Below, in pieces: positions 1-12,900 of a DNA stretch of 64,000 nt (position 1 is its first letter; every line of letters starts with the position of its first letter). Origin of the DNA: the human T2T-CHM13v2.0 reference genome, Homo sapiens; NCBI RefSeq assembly GCF_009914755.1, contig NC_060928.1; one strand, 5' to 3'. Below the pieces are notes generated by a model. It did no database searches. It was not told where the DNA came from and was given only the letters and a program-made list of their open reading frames with translations. The translations under genes were made by a program, and so were the position numbers.

Positions 1-1027
1 GGCAACAAAAGCCAAAATTGGCAAATGGGATCTAATTAAACTAAAGAGCTTCTGCACAGCAAAAGAAACTACCATCAGAATGAACAGGCAACCTACAGAA
101 TGGGAGAAAATTTTTGCAATCTACTCATCTGACAAAGGGCTAATATCCAGAATCTGCAATGAACTCCAACAAATTTACAAGAAAAAAACAACCCCATCAA
201 AAAGTGGGCAAAGGATATGAACAGACACTTCTCAAAAGAAGACATTTATGCAGCCAAAAGACACATGAAAAAAATGCTCACTAGCCATCAGAGAAATGCA
301 AATCAAAACCACAATGAGATACCATCTCACACCAGTTAGAATGGCGATCATTAAAAAGTCAGGAAACCACAGGTGCTGGAGAGGATGTGGAGAAATAGGA
401 ACACTTTTACACTGTTGGTGGGACTGTAAACTAGTTCAACCATTGTGGAAGTCAGTGTGGAGATTCCTCAGGGATCTAGAACTAGGAATACCATTTGACC
501 AGCCATCCCATTACTGGGTATATACCCAAAGGATTATAAATCATGCTGCTATAAAGACACATGCACACGTATGTTTATTGTGGCACTATTCACGATAGCA
601 AAGACTTGGAACCAACCCAAATGTCCAACAATGATAGACTGGATTAAGAAAATGTGGCACATATACACCATGGAATACTATGCAGCCATAAAAAATGATG
701 AGTTCATGTCCTTTGTAGGGACATGGATGAAGCTGGAAACCATTATTCTCAGTAAAGTATCGCAAGGACAAAAAACCAAACACCGCATGTTCTCACTCAT
801 AGGTGGGAATTGAACAATGAGAACACATGGACGCAAGAAGGGGAACATCACACACCAGGGCCTGTTGTGGGGTGGGGGGAGGGGGGAGGGATAGCATTAG
901 GAGATATACCTAATGTTAAATGATGAGTTACTGGGTGCAGCACACCAACATGGCACATGTATACATATGTAACTAACCTGCACATTGTGCACATGTACCC
1001 TAAAACTTAAAGTATAATAAAAAAAAA
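1..1027 (+). mobile_element. LINE-1 (L1PA3/4-like) 3' part: ORF2 C-terminus, 3'UTR, poly(A); 5' end outside window
   Basis: ORFs 296..598 and 571..813 are L1 ORF2p C-terminus ([38 protein letters not shown]); G-rich 3'UTR about 865-890; ends CTTAAAGTATAATAAAAAAAAA. Confidence 0.95.
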
Positions 1028-1344
1028 TGTCTTCTTTAGCTTCACCTCTATCTTCTTCAGCAGGAAGTAAACTTACATCTCCTCTACACTCTCATTCACT
1101 GATTAGAGAGCTCACGACTTTCTAATTTCTGGCTTGATTGGTTAGAGACCTATTGTTTCCTCAGTAGACTGTAAGCAACTGGAAGGCAAGGTTTACATTT
1201 TCATCTTTGTTTCCTTACTATATTTCTTAACTAAACCCAATAGATATGCACACACACCAAAACACAATTGAATGAATAAGTCCTTTTAGAGTTGTGTATT
1301 TATTAGTGTTCTGTGACTGTGTATTTTTAAATTCAACAATTTTT

Positions 1345-1649
1345 GTTTTTTTTTTTGCTGTTGTTTTTGAGACAGGGTCTCTGTCACCCAGACTAGAGTG
1401 CAGTGGTGTAATCATAGCTCACTGCAGCCTCAACCTCCTGAGCTCAAACAATCTTCCTGCTCTCAGCCTGCTGAGTAGCTGGGACTACAGGTGCACGCCA
1501 CCATGCCTGGCTAATTATTTTTTTAAATTTTTGTAGTGACAAGGTCTTGCTATGTTGCCCAGGCTGGTCTTAAACTCCTGGGCTCAAGCAATCCTCCCAC
1601 CTTGGCCTCCCAAAGTGCTATTACAGCTGTGAGCCATTGCACCCAGACC
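1345..1649 (-). mobile_element. AluJ
   Basis: T-rich tail then GAGACAGGGTCTC...CATAGCTCACTGCAGCCTCAACCTCCTG; dimeric; J-type diagnostic bases. Confidence 0.9.
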
Positions 1650-1944
1650 CCACAATTTTTACATAAAGTTTCTAGTAATCAGCTCATAAACTGATTTTGA
1701 AAGTGTCTTATACCCAGATTATATGTGAAATTAAAATTTTTCATATAACTGCAGTTTGTCCAATACTCAAAAGCACTGACTGACTGCAAATAAATCAGTG
1801 AATTTGCTGTCATTGTTTTCTGAACCGTTAAAATGGCTTTTCCAATCTTGGTTTTTTATTCACAGGTCCTATACAGTTAAGAAATATAGTTACTTCAAAT
1901 CTAGCATCTTTTAGGTGATTCTTATGTAAAACAAGTACAATAAG

Positions 1945-2547
1945 TTATTTTTAAAATCAGTTCTGTTGAGGTATAATTCATATACAATAAACTGTGCCTA
2001 TTTAAAGTGTATAATTTGATGAGATTTGGCATATGTACAGACCCATAAAACCATGACTATGATCAGGATAATGAATATTTCTGTCATCCCCCCAAATAGT
2101 TCATCCCTTCTTACTTCTCCCCACTCCCCATCCTATATAACTGATCTGCTGTCACTTAGTTTATATTTTCTAGAATTTTATAAAAAATGAAACCACATAT
2201 ATGTACTCTTTTTTGTACAGCTTCTCTTAAAATAATTATTTTGGACATTTAGCTGTGCTGTGGCACATATCAATCGTTCATTTTTATTGCTGAGTAGCAT
2301 TTCATTATATGTATATACCATAATTTGTTTAGACCTTCTCCTGTTGATCAACATTTAGGTTGTACAGTTTTGATGTATTACAAATAGAGCTGCTATGAAG
2401 ATTCACATACAAGTCTTTGTATGGATATATGTTTTATATTTTGGGGGGTAAATACGTAGAAGTGGAATGACTGGTACACATAGTAGGTGGATGTTTAATT
2501 TTTTTTAAATTACCAAACTGTTTTCCAAAGTAGTTATATATTAATTG
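1945..2547 (-). mobile_element. Old L1M (L1MB/MC-like) 3' end, interrupted by Tigger1; resumes at 6619
   Basis: TTGAGGTATAATTCATATACAATAAACTG... is a typical antisense L1M 3' terminus; ends ...CCAAACTGTTTTCCAAAGT at the Tigger1 TIR; boundaries approximate. Confidence 0.7.
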
Positions 2548-3403
2548 CAGGCATACCTAATTTTATTGCACTTCACAGATAACTTCATTCTTCACAAATT
2601 GAAGGCTTCTGGCAATCCTGCATTAAGCAAGTCTATCAATGCTATTTTTCCAACATCATGTGCTCACTTTTGTGTCTGTGTCATTTTGGTAATTCTCTAT
2701 CTCAAACTTTTTCATTATTCTTATATCTCTTATGGTGATCTGTGATCAGTGATTTCTGATGTTCCATACCACTACAATTGTTTTGGGGCTCCACAAACTG
2801 CATCCACATACATACAGTTGCAAAGTTACTCCATAAATATCATATGTCCCTGACTGCTCCATCGACCAGCTGTTCCTATCTGTCTCCCTCTTCTCAGGCC
2901 TCCCTATTCCCTGAGACCCAACAATATTGAAATTAGGCCAATTAATAACCTTACAATGGCCTCTAAGTGTTCAAGTGAAAGGAAGAGTCACCAGTTTCTC
3001 ACTTTAATACAAAAGCTAGAAAGGATTAAGTTTAATGAGGAAGGCATATTGAAAACTGAGATAGGCCGAAAGCTAGGCCTCTTTCTCCAAACAGTTAGCA
3101 AAGTTGTGAATACAAGGGAAAAGTTCTTGGAGGAAATTATAAGTACTACACTAGTGAACCCATGAATGATAAGAAAGCAAAACAGCTTTATTACTGATAC
3201 GGAGAAAGTTTGAGTGGTCTGAATAGAAGATCAAAGCAGCCATAACATTCCTTTAAGCCAAGCCTAATCCAAAGTAAGGCCCTAACTCTCTTTAATGTTA
3301 GAAAGGCTGAGAGAGGTAAGGAAGCTACAGAAGTTTGAAGCTAGCAGAGATTGCTTCAGAAGGTTTAAGGACAGCAGTCATCTCTATAAAAGTGTGAGGT
3401 GAA

Positions 3404-4581
3404 GGGGTTTTAAAATGGCAGTATATCTCTGTCATGCCTACCTTTGAAGAAAACAACTGAAAAATTAAAAAAAAAAAATAGTAGCATAGGAGCAAGCTGG
3501 CCTCACTCCCTCAACAGAAAACCAAATACAAATACACAGTGCCAAGATTTTTACCAGTAACAATCCAGAAATCACAAAAGAGGATGAGACAGATCCCAGG
3601 ACCACAGAGAAGTGAAAAAACTTCAAGCAGATGATAGGAGAATCAGACTTCCACATCCATAATGCCCCTCCTGAAAATTCTGCCCTGCAACAAGCTTGCA
3701 AAAAGCCTTCCCCCAGCTCACAATTTCTACACTGGAAAGAAATGAGATTGAGGTAGAAGTTTTAGTCCGTTTTTGCCTCTCTATAAATAAATACTTGAGA
3801 CTGGGTAATTTATAAATAAAAGAGATTTAATTGGCTCATGGTTCTGCAGACTGTACAGGAAGCTGGTGCCAGCATCTGCTTCTGGTGAGGGCTTCAGAAA
3901 GCTTACAATCGTGGTGGAAGGTCAAGGAGAGCCAGCATCACACGGTGAGAACAGGAGCAAGAGAGGGATTTGGTGCCACACTCTTTTAAAACAATCAGAT
4001 CTCCTGTGAACTCAGAGTGAGAACTCACTTATCACCAACGGGATGGCACCAAGCCATTCCTGAGGAATCCGCCCCCATGATCCAAATACCTCCCACCAGG
4101 CTCCACCTCCAACACTGGGGATTATGTTTCAACATGAAATTTGGAGGTAAAAAACATCCAAACCATATCAGTAGTCAATCAGCTTTCCCATCATCTTGGA
4201 TTCCCTTGCAAGAGACCTGTACCTGCCTTAACACACAGGAAGCATCATGACTGCCTGAAGGTATAAATATCTGTGAGGACAAGCAGAGACAAACTAGGGA
4301 GGTAGGACTACCATCCCCAGCCCTGGAAACTCTGCTCTGTAACTCAGCCAAAGGAGATGCCACATCAGAGTGGCTGTTCAGCAGCACCATGCTGTTATGT
4401 TCCACAGGTCCCTTGGGCACAAACCACTACCTGCCTTCCCACACTGCCAGAATAATCCTTTTGGGAATTCCCCCATTCAAGACAGGCAGCACTCTAATAA
4501 TTTAGTAGAGCAGAGGAGAACCTGGGCTTAAGGAACCACAGAGACAAAAAGGAGGCATCAACCTAATGGTAAAGATTTGCT
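3404..4581 (+). mobile_element. Old L1M 5'-end-like insertion inside Tigger1
   Basis: Non-Tigger sequence (TAGGAGCAAGCTGGCCTCACTCC...GAAAACCAAATACAAATACACAG) resembling L1M 5'UTRs; bounded by a degenerate duplication AAAGTGTGAGGTGAAG (about 3388) / AAGAGCAAGGTGAAG (about 4582). Confidence 0.5.
3758..4170 (-). mobile_element. MST (MaLR) solo LTR
   Basis: TTAGTCCGTTTT...GAGACTGGGTAATTTATA...CCAAACCATATCA; 5-bp TSD GTAGA/GTAGT. Confidence 0.85.
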
Positions 4582-4646
4582 AAGAGCAAGGTGAAGCAGG
4601 AAGTGCTGGTGGAGAAGCTGCAGCAAGTTATCCAGAAGATCTAGAA

Positions 4647-5170
<524 letters not shown>

Positions 5171-6618
5171 ATCTAGAACATAAGGGATGAAGGTGGCTAC
5201 ACTAAACAATAGATTTTTCCATGTAGATGAACAACCTTCTATTGGAAGATGATGCCACCTTGGATTTTCATAGCTAGAGGAAAGTCAATGCCTGGCTTCA
5301 AAGTTTCAAGGAAGAGAATAACTCTTGTTAGCAGCTAATGCAGCTGGTGACTTTAAGTTGAAGCCAATGCTTATTTACCATTCTGAAAATCCTAGGGCCC
5401 TGAAGAATTATGCTAAACCTACTCTGCCTGTGCTCTGCCTGTGGAACAACAAAGCCTGGATGACAGTACCACTGTTTAGAGCATAATTTACTGCATGATT
5501 TAAGCCCTCTGTTGAGATCCACTGCTTGGAAAAAAGATTCTTTCAAAATATTACTTATCATTGCCAATATACCTGGTCACTCAAGAGCTCTGATGGAGAG
5601 TTATGTTGTTTTCATGCCTGCTAACACAACATCCATTCTGTAGCCCATGAACCAAGCAGTCATTCTGACTTTCAAGTCTTATTGTTTCAGAAATACATTT
5701 CATAAGGCATTAGCAGGTAAGTGATTCTTCTGATGGATCTCAGCAAAACAAACGGAGAACTTTCTGGAAAGGATTTACCACTCTAGATGCCGTAAGAACA
5801 TTCATGATTTAAGGGAGAAGGTCAAAATAGCAACTTTAACAGGAGTTTGGAAGGAATTGATTTCAACCTTCATGGATGACATTGAGGGGTTTACGACTTC
5901 AGTGGAAAAAGTAATGGCACATGTGGTAGAAATAGCAAGAGAACAAGAATTAGAAATGGAGCCTAAAAATGTGTCTGAATGGCTGCAATCTTATAAAACT
6001 TGGATGACTGTAGAGCTGCTTCTCGTGGATGAGGAATAAAATTGGTTTTTTGAAATGGAACCTATTCCTGGTGAAGATACTGTGCACATTGTTGAAATGA
6101 CAACAAAGGACTTAGAAGAGTATATCAACTTAGTTGATAAAGCAATAGCAGGACTTGAGAGGATTGACTCCAATTTTGAAAGAAGTTCTATTGTGAGTAA
6201 AATGCTATCAAACTGCATCACATGCTACAGAGAAATCTTTTGTGAAAAGTCTATCAATGAAGCAAAGTTCATTGCTGTCCTATTTTAAGAAATTGCCACA
6301 GCCCTGTCAGCATTCAACAACCACCACCCTGATAAGTCAGCAGCCATCAACACCTAGATGAGACTCTCCACCTGCATAGAGGTTACAACTTGGCTAAAGC
6401 TTCAGATTATTGTTAGCACTTAGCAATAGTATTTTAAAATAAAGGTATACATACATTGTTTTTTTTTAGACTACAACAGTGTAAACAATTTTATAAGCAC
6501 TGGGAAACCAAAACGTTTCTGTGACCCACTTTATTGTGATAGTCACTTTACTGTGGTATTCACTTCATTGTGTGGTGGTCTGGAATTGAACCTGCAGCAT
6601 CTCTGAGATATGCCTGTA

Positions 6619-6920
6619 CCAGCAGTGCGAAGTGCATTTTCTCCACATTGTTGTCAACACGTGGAATAATCATTTTCACTGTAGTCATTCTAGTGGCTGT
6701 GTAGTAGTATCTCATTGTGGTTTTAATTTGCTCTTCACTAGTGTCTAATGAAGTTGAGCATCTTTTTGTACAATTACTTGCCAATCATATAACTTCCTTG
6801 GTAAAGTGACTGTTCAAATATTTTGCTCATTTTTAAATTGGATTTTTCTCCTTACTGTTGAGTTGTAAGGGATTTTTATATATTCTAAATATAAATCTTG
6901 GTCAAATATATAATTTGCAC
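6619..6920 (-). mobile_element. Continuation of the old L1M interrupted by Tigger1
   Basis: ORF 6560..6784(-) contains KRCSTSL...QIKTTMRYY, the L1 ORF2p C-terminus. Confidence 0.7.
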
Positions 6921-7944
6921 TTTAGAAAGTAAAATGCAACTGTTTTAGATAATTATGCTTTGTTAATATAATGCATTATCTGTATTTTAAATTTTTCTTA
7001 TTAAGGGGAAGCATTATCTTCATAATCCTCAGCTACCAAGTTTTCCCACACCTAATAAGATAGCCAGCTGGCATATGAAAAATACGTAAGGAGAATAAAA
7101 GTAGAAAACATATTGATTTTCTCAACTCCTTCTAATACCTCCTGATTTTAGGAGTCTCTTGGCAAACTATTAATAAATAGTAGGAGATAAGACACTAGAT
7201 AGTATATGTGATCATTAGTCTTCCTCCTTTTTTCTTTTAAGCAAACTTAATAAATAAGCAGTCAGTAAGAAGTAACATTATTAATAAAACTTCCTGTACT
7301 TTTAAAAAAATTAGATTTCTTTTATCTCTAAGACTAAGACCCTGTTGTTTACTTGACTGTTTTCCTTATCAGACTAAAGGAAAACATCAGTGCCTAGTGT
7401 ATATTTCTATTCTTATTTCCTTCATTCTCTCCATTTCCTTTAGTCCTTATTCTTGGTCTTCTCCTTCAATCCTCTCTTCTACCCTACCCAGCATCTGACA
7501 AGTATAATGTGCTTAATTTGGTGATTCCAAATAAGTTTTGGCTACAGACTTTTTGGTGATCCCACAGATTGCCTATCATGCTTTTTACTTCAAAGACAAC
7601 AAAATGAAAGTAATAATACAATTCTTCCCAGAACTTACAGGAAGAAGAGCAGAGTTTTTAATGAGTGAAAAAGTGAAACCATTTTCTATAGTATCCAAAT
7701 AAATTAGTACTCTCTGCCAGAATAAAGCAAACACACTATTTTTTAAATAATATTCACTATTTAATACTTTAGTGTACCCAGCAATGCATGAACCACAGAG
7801 AGCAATCTTTTCCAAACAAGAGTGAATCTAGGTAAATTCTGTGGCTAAATAACCATCCCCCGAAAAAAAGTAATACATCTAGAGAAAACAGCATACAAAA
7901 TCAAATCTACTCATTTTAAACCATGGAAAAAAACACATTTCCAT

Positions 7945-8744
7945 GTATTTCTTTAAAATCTTTTAATATATATAAAAAATTTCACATACTTTTACGATTT
8001 TATGGGATATATGACTGCCCAGGGAATGCTACAATGTCAGACACAAATTTGAAAATAACTCTTCCATAAGTACTGCTAGAACTCTTCCATAAGTACTGCT
8101 AGATTATACAGGCAATCTTTACATAATATCATTAGGATACAGACAACCCTAGGGCTGTAAGTATTCCGTGAAGGTGAATATGAGACAATTAATTATACTC
8201 CCCATATTAGATTGGTTCTCATCAGACAACCTAACACTAAGCTTATTTGACACTGTTTTTTAAAAGATCCAGTATTAAAAGAATAACCTTCCTCTGGGTA
8301 GAAAAAATAGTAATTTTGACCTATTAAAGATGATATATATTGATAAAACACAGTCTTGTTCTCAAATATGCAATAAACCATTACTCTAATGTATGAACAC
8401 TAATGAAATAATCACCTAGCTATTATAATTGTGTATATACTGAAATTTTCAGTTCAACTCTTTTCTTTTGATACAAGGAACTCTTTTCTTTTGATACAAG
8501 GGAAAATAAAATGATTGGCTTCAAATCCATTTTTAGTAATGTAAAATATGTGAGCTTTATTACATGTTAAAGAAAATAAAGATAATATGACCCCAAATTT
8601 ATTTGTCAAAGTTACAATAAAATATTTTTAAACATATACAAAATTAGATATAACGGATGCCTTGTTCAATAAAGGTACATGATATATTATTTAAATACAG
8701 GATAAAACAAAGATACGTTTAATGATTTTCGTCTCATTTTAAAG
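7945..8744 (-). other. ANAPC10: ANAPC10 3'UTR (distal end inferred)
   Basis: AT-rich unique sequence after the stop; minus-strand AATAAA at 8598-8603 and 8556-8561, ATTAAA at 7962-7967. Confidence 0.55.
8556..8603 (-). promoter_or_regulatory. Two proximal AATAAA polyadenylation signals
   Basis: TTTATT on + at 8556-8561 and 8598-8603, about 140-190 nt after the stop codon. Confidence 0.55.
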
Positions 8745-8975
8745 TCACCTTATTGAACGATACATCATGAAATCTATAGTTGTACATCTAGGAAATTTAC
8801 CAATGGAGCTCTCTTCTACTGGTGTGTATATTTTAATTTGTCTCATATGGGTGTCTCTTCCATTCTGGTGATTGGCTAGAACAGCAATCTGTATCATGAA
8901 TGTACGAGTTGGCTTCTTATGATTGTCAGTTAAGGGAACATGAATCCAGCCACTTGGTTCCACCAACTCAAGTTG
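8745..8975 (-). CDS. ANAPC10: Anaphase-promoting complex subunit 10 (APC10/DOC1), terminal coding exon, about residues 110-185
   Basis: Translates QLELVEPSGWIHVPLTDNHKKPTRTFMIQIAVLANHQNGRDTHMRQIKIYTPVEESSIGKFPRCTTIDFMMYRSIR*; DOC-domain NHQNGRDTH motif and C-terminal IR tail; canonical phase-0 acceptor TTTTTTTTCCCTTGGCAG|CAA. Confidence 0.98.
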   Translation of the reverse strand, partial: QLELVEPSGWIHVPLTDNHKKPTRTFMIQIAVLANHQNGRDTHMRQIKIYTPVEESSIGKFPRCTTIDFMMYRSIR

Positions 8976-8997
8976 CTGCCAAGGGAAAAAAAATCAG
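8976..8997 (-). promoter_or_regulatory. Splice acceptor, polypyrimidine tract and likely branch point of the ANAPC10 last intron
   Basis: Minus strand reads CTGAT-TTTTTTTCCCTTGGCAG. Confidence 0.9.
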
Positions 8998-9310
8998 ATT
9001 ATGCTTTTATTCAACAAATATAATTTATAACAATGAATGCATTCTATAATAAAATAACTTATAATTAACATTTTGCTCAACGAAAGAATGACAATATGAT
9101 AATAATCACTACCAGTTATTGGACACTTTTACCATGGTCTACTTATAGTTGCTAAGCACTTTAGATGTACCATCTTAGTAGACAAAATAAAAATAGATGT
9201 GCTTCATGTTTACTGAACTCGTACAATTTATACAACTTGTACTCTCTGCCAGAATAAAACAAATACACTAGAAAGTACATGTCTCACAACTTTTAAAAAT
9301 ATGTGAAACA

Positions 9311-9955
9311 CAGATGGCTGACTAGACACAAGTAGTATGTGCCTCCTCCATGAAAAGGAACCAGAATACTAAGTAGATACTCATATTTTGAACAGATAAT
9401 CTAGGAAAGAAGGCTAGGATTCATCAGGGAAGAGATGGGAAGTACCAGAAGTAATTAACGACAGGGTTCGAGGTAGCTTGCCCAGGCAGGGAACTCACTC
9501 ACAGCCAGGAGAGGCTCCTGGATGTGGGGAAACAATATGAGAGATATGGAGATATCCCCACGGCTCTACACTCCGAAACAGGCTTATAGGATCTTAGTGA
9601 TGACAGAAACACTCTACCAACTAGGGCCTTGGGCCTGACATAATAAGCTGTCTACAGACTGTAAAGAGACGTTACTCCAGAAAGGAAACTCAGAATCTCA
9701 CAGGCATCCCACAGATCCTGGAGCAACCTCAGCTGGGCGCCACTTGGAGAATCTAGATACTGGAGATCTAGAGACATGGCTGCTGCTGCTGTGCTGGTCT
9801 AAGGAGGGAGAAGGGAGACTTGGCGCTCCCATGCACCCCTGGGAAGGTCCCAACTGACCAGCTGCAGGCTGTTGTTGAGACAGAAATGAGAAGACCACAG
9901 TCCCCACAGCTTCTTGTCCATGCTGCTTGCCTGGGAGGAACCCACCCTCTCTAGT
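9311..9955 (+). mobile_element. Old L1 (L1M1/L1MA-like) 5'UTR fragment
   Basis: AGATGGCTGACTAGACACAAGTAGTATGTGCCTCCTCCATG..., with the YY1-type AGATGGC start of L1 5'UTRs. Confidence 0.6.
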
Positions 9956-9956
9956 T

Positions 9957-12900
9957 CCATCATCAAAGACCGAAGGTAGATAAAACCACAAAGATGGGGA
10001 GAAACCAGAGCAGAAAAGCTGAAAATTCTAAAAATCAGAGCACCTCTTCTCCTCCAAAGAAATGCAGCTCCTCGCCAGCAACGGAACAAAGCTGGACGGA
10101 GAATGACTTTGACGAGTTGAGAGAAGAAGGCTTCAGATGATCAGAAATAACAAACTTCTCCGAGCTAAAGGAGGATATTCGAACCCATCGCAAAGAAGCT
10201 AAAAACCTTGAAAAAAGATTAGACGAATGGCTAACTAGAATAAACAGCAAAGAGAAGACCTTAAATGACCCCATGAAGCTGAAAACCATGGCACGAGAAC
10301 TATGTGACGCATGCACAAGCTTCAATAGCTGATTCGATCAAGTGGAAGAAAGGGTAACAGTGATGGAAGATCAAATGAATGAAATGAAGTGAGAAGAGAA
10401 GGTTAGAGAAAAAAGAGTAAAAAGAAATGAACAAAGCCTCCAAGAAATATGGTACTATGTGAAAAGACCAAATCTACATCTGATTGGTATACCTGAAAGT
10501 GACGGCCAGAATGGAACCAAGGTGGAAATCACTCTTCAGGATATTGCCCAGAAGAACTTCCCCAATCTAGCAAGGCAGGCCAACATTTAAATTCAGGAAA
10601 TACAGAGAACACCACAAAGATACTCCTCGAGAAGAGCAACACCAAGATACATACTTGTCAGATTCACCAAGGTTGATATGAAGGAAAAATATTAAGGGCA
10701 GCCAGACAGAAAGGTCGGGTTGCCCACAAAGGGAAGCCCATCAGACTAATAGCAGATCTCTCACCAGAAACTCTACAAGCCAGAAGAGAGTGGGGGCCAA
10801 TATTCAACATTCTTAAAGAAAAGAATTTTCAAGCCAGAACTGCATATCCAGCCAAACTAAGCTTCATAAGTGAAGGAGAAATAAAATACTTTACAGACAA
10901 GCAAATGCTGAGTTCACCACCAGGCCTGCCTTACAAGAGTTCCTGAAGGAAGCACTAAATATGGAAAGGAACAACCAGTACCAGACACTGCAAAAACAGG
11001 CCAAATTGTAAAGACCATCAATGCTAGGAAGAAACTGCATCAACTAAGGAGCAAAATAACCAGCTAACATCACAATGACAGGAACAAATTCACACATCAC
11101 AATATTAACCTTAAATGTAAATGGGCTAAATGCTCCAATTGAAAGACACAGACTGGCAAATTAGATAAAGAGTCAAGACCCATCAGTGTGCTGCATTCAG
11201 GAGACCCATCTCACGTGCAGAGACACACACAGCCTCAAAATAAAGGGATGGAGGAAGATCTACCAAGCAAATGGAAAACAAAAAAAACCAGGGGTTGCAA
11301 TCCTAGTCTCTGATAAAATAGACTTTAAACCAACAAAGATCAAAAGAGACAAAGAAGGCCATTACATAATGGTAAAGGGATCAATTCAACAAGAAGAGCT
11401 AACTATCCTAAATATATATGCACCCAATACAGGAGCACCCAGATTCATAAAGCAAGTCCTTAGAGATCTATAAAGAGACTTAGACTCCCACACAATAATA
11501 ATGGGAGATTTTAACACCCCACTGTCAACATTAGACAGATCAATGAGACAGAAAGTTAACAAGCATATCCAGGAATTGAACTCAGCTCTGCACCAAGCGG
11601 ACCTAATAGACATCCACAGAACTTTCCACCCCAAATCAACAGAATATACATACTTATCAGCACCACATTGCACTTATTCCAAAATTGACCATATAGTTGG
11701 AAGTAAAGCACTCCTCAGCAAATATAAAAGAACAGAAATTATCACAAACTGTCTCTAAGACCACAGTGCAATCAAATTCACAAACTGTCTCTCAGACCAC
11801 AGGGCAATAAAATTAAAACTCAGGGTTAAGAAACTCACTCAAAACGGCTCAACTACATGGAAACTGAACAACCTGCTCCTGAATGACTACTGGGTACATA
11901 ACAAAATGAAGGCAGAAATAAAGATGTTCTTTGAAACTAATGAGAACAAAGACACAACATACCAGAATCTCTGGGACACATGTAAAGCAGTGTGTCGAGG
12001 GAAATTTATAGCACTAAATGCCCACAAGAGAAAGCAGGACAGATCTAAAATTGACACAATAACATCACAATTAAAAGAACTAGAGAAGCAAGAGCAAACA
12101 CATTCAAAAGCCAGCAGAAGGCAAAAAATAACTAAGATCAGAGCAGGACTGAAGGAGATAGAGACACAAAAAACCTTCAAAAAATCAATGAATACAGGAG
12201 CTGGTTTTTTGAAAATATCAACAAAATTGATAGACCGCTAGCAACACTAATAAAGAAGAAAAGAGAAAAGAAGCAAATAGACACAATAAAAAATGATAAA
12301 GCAATATCACCACTGAACCAACAGAAATACAAACTACCACCAGAGAATACTATAAACACCTCTACGCAAATAAACTAGAAAATCTACAAGAAATGGATAA
12401 ATTCCTGGACAAATACACCCACCCAAGACTAAGCCAGGAAGAAGTTGAATCCCTGAATAGACCAATAACAGGCTCTGAAATTGAGGCAATAATTAATAGC
12501 CTACCAACCAAAACAAGTCTAGGACCAGATGGATTAAGAGACGAATTCTACCAGAGGTACAAAGAGGAGCTGGTACCATTCCTTCAGAAACTATTCCAAT
12601 CAAGAGAAAAAGAGGGAATCCTCCCTACCTCATTTGATGAGGCCAGCATCATCCTGATACCAAAGCCTGGCAGAGACACAACAAGAAAAGAGAATTTTAG
12701 ACCAATATGTTTCAGGATGCAGCATCAATGTGCAAAAATCACAAGCATTCCTCTACACCAATAACAGACAAACAGAGAGCCAAATCATGAGTGAACTCCC
12801 ATTCACAACTGCTACAAAGAAAATAAAATACCTAGGAATACAACTTACAAGGGATGTGAAGGAGAACTACACAACCACTTCTCTTCAAGGAGAACTACAA

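Noticed and set aside
8745-8966. 73-aa ORF as a stand-alone gene or processed pseudogene
   Set aside because: Homology stops at a canonical acceptor at 8975/8976 and the frame is intact, so it is the spliced last exon
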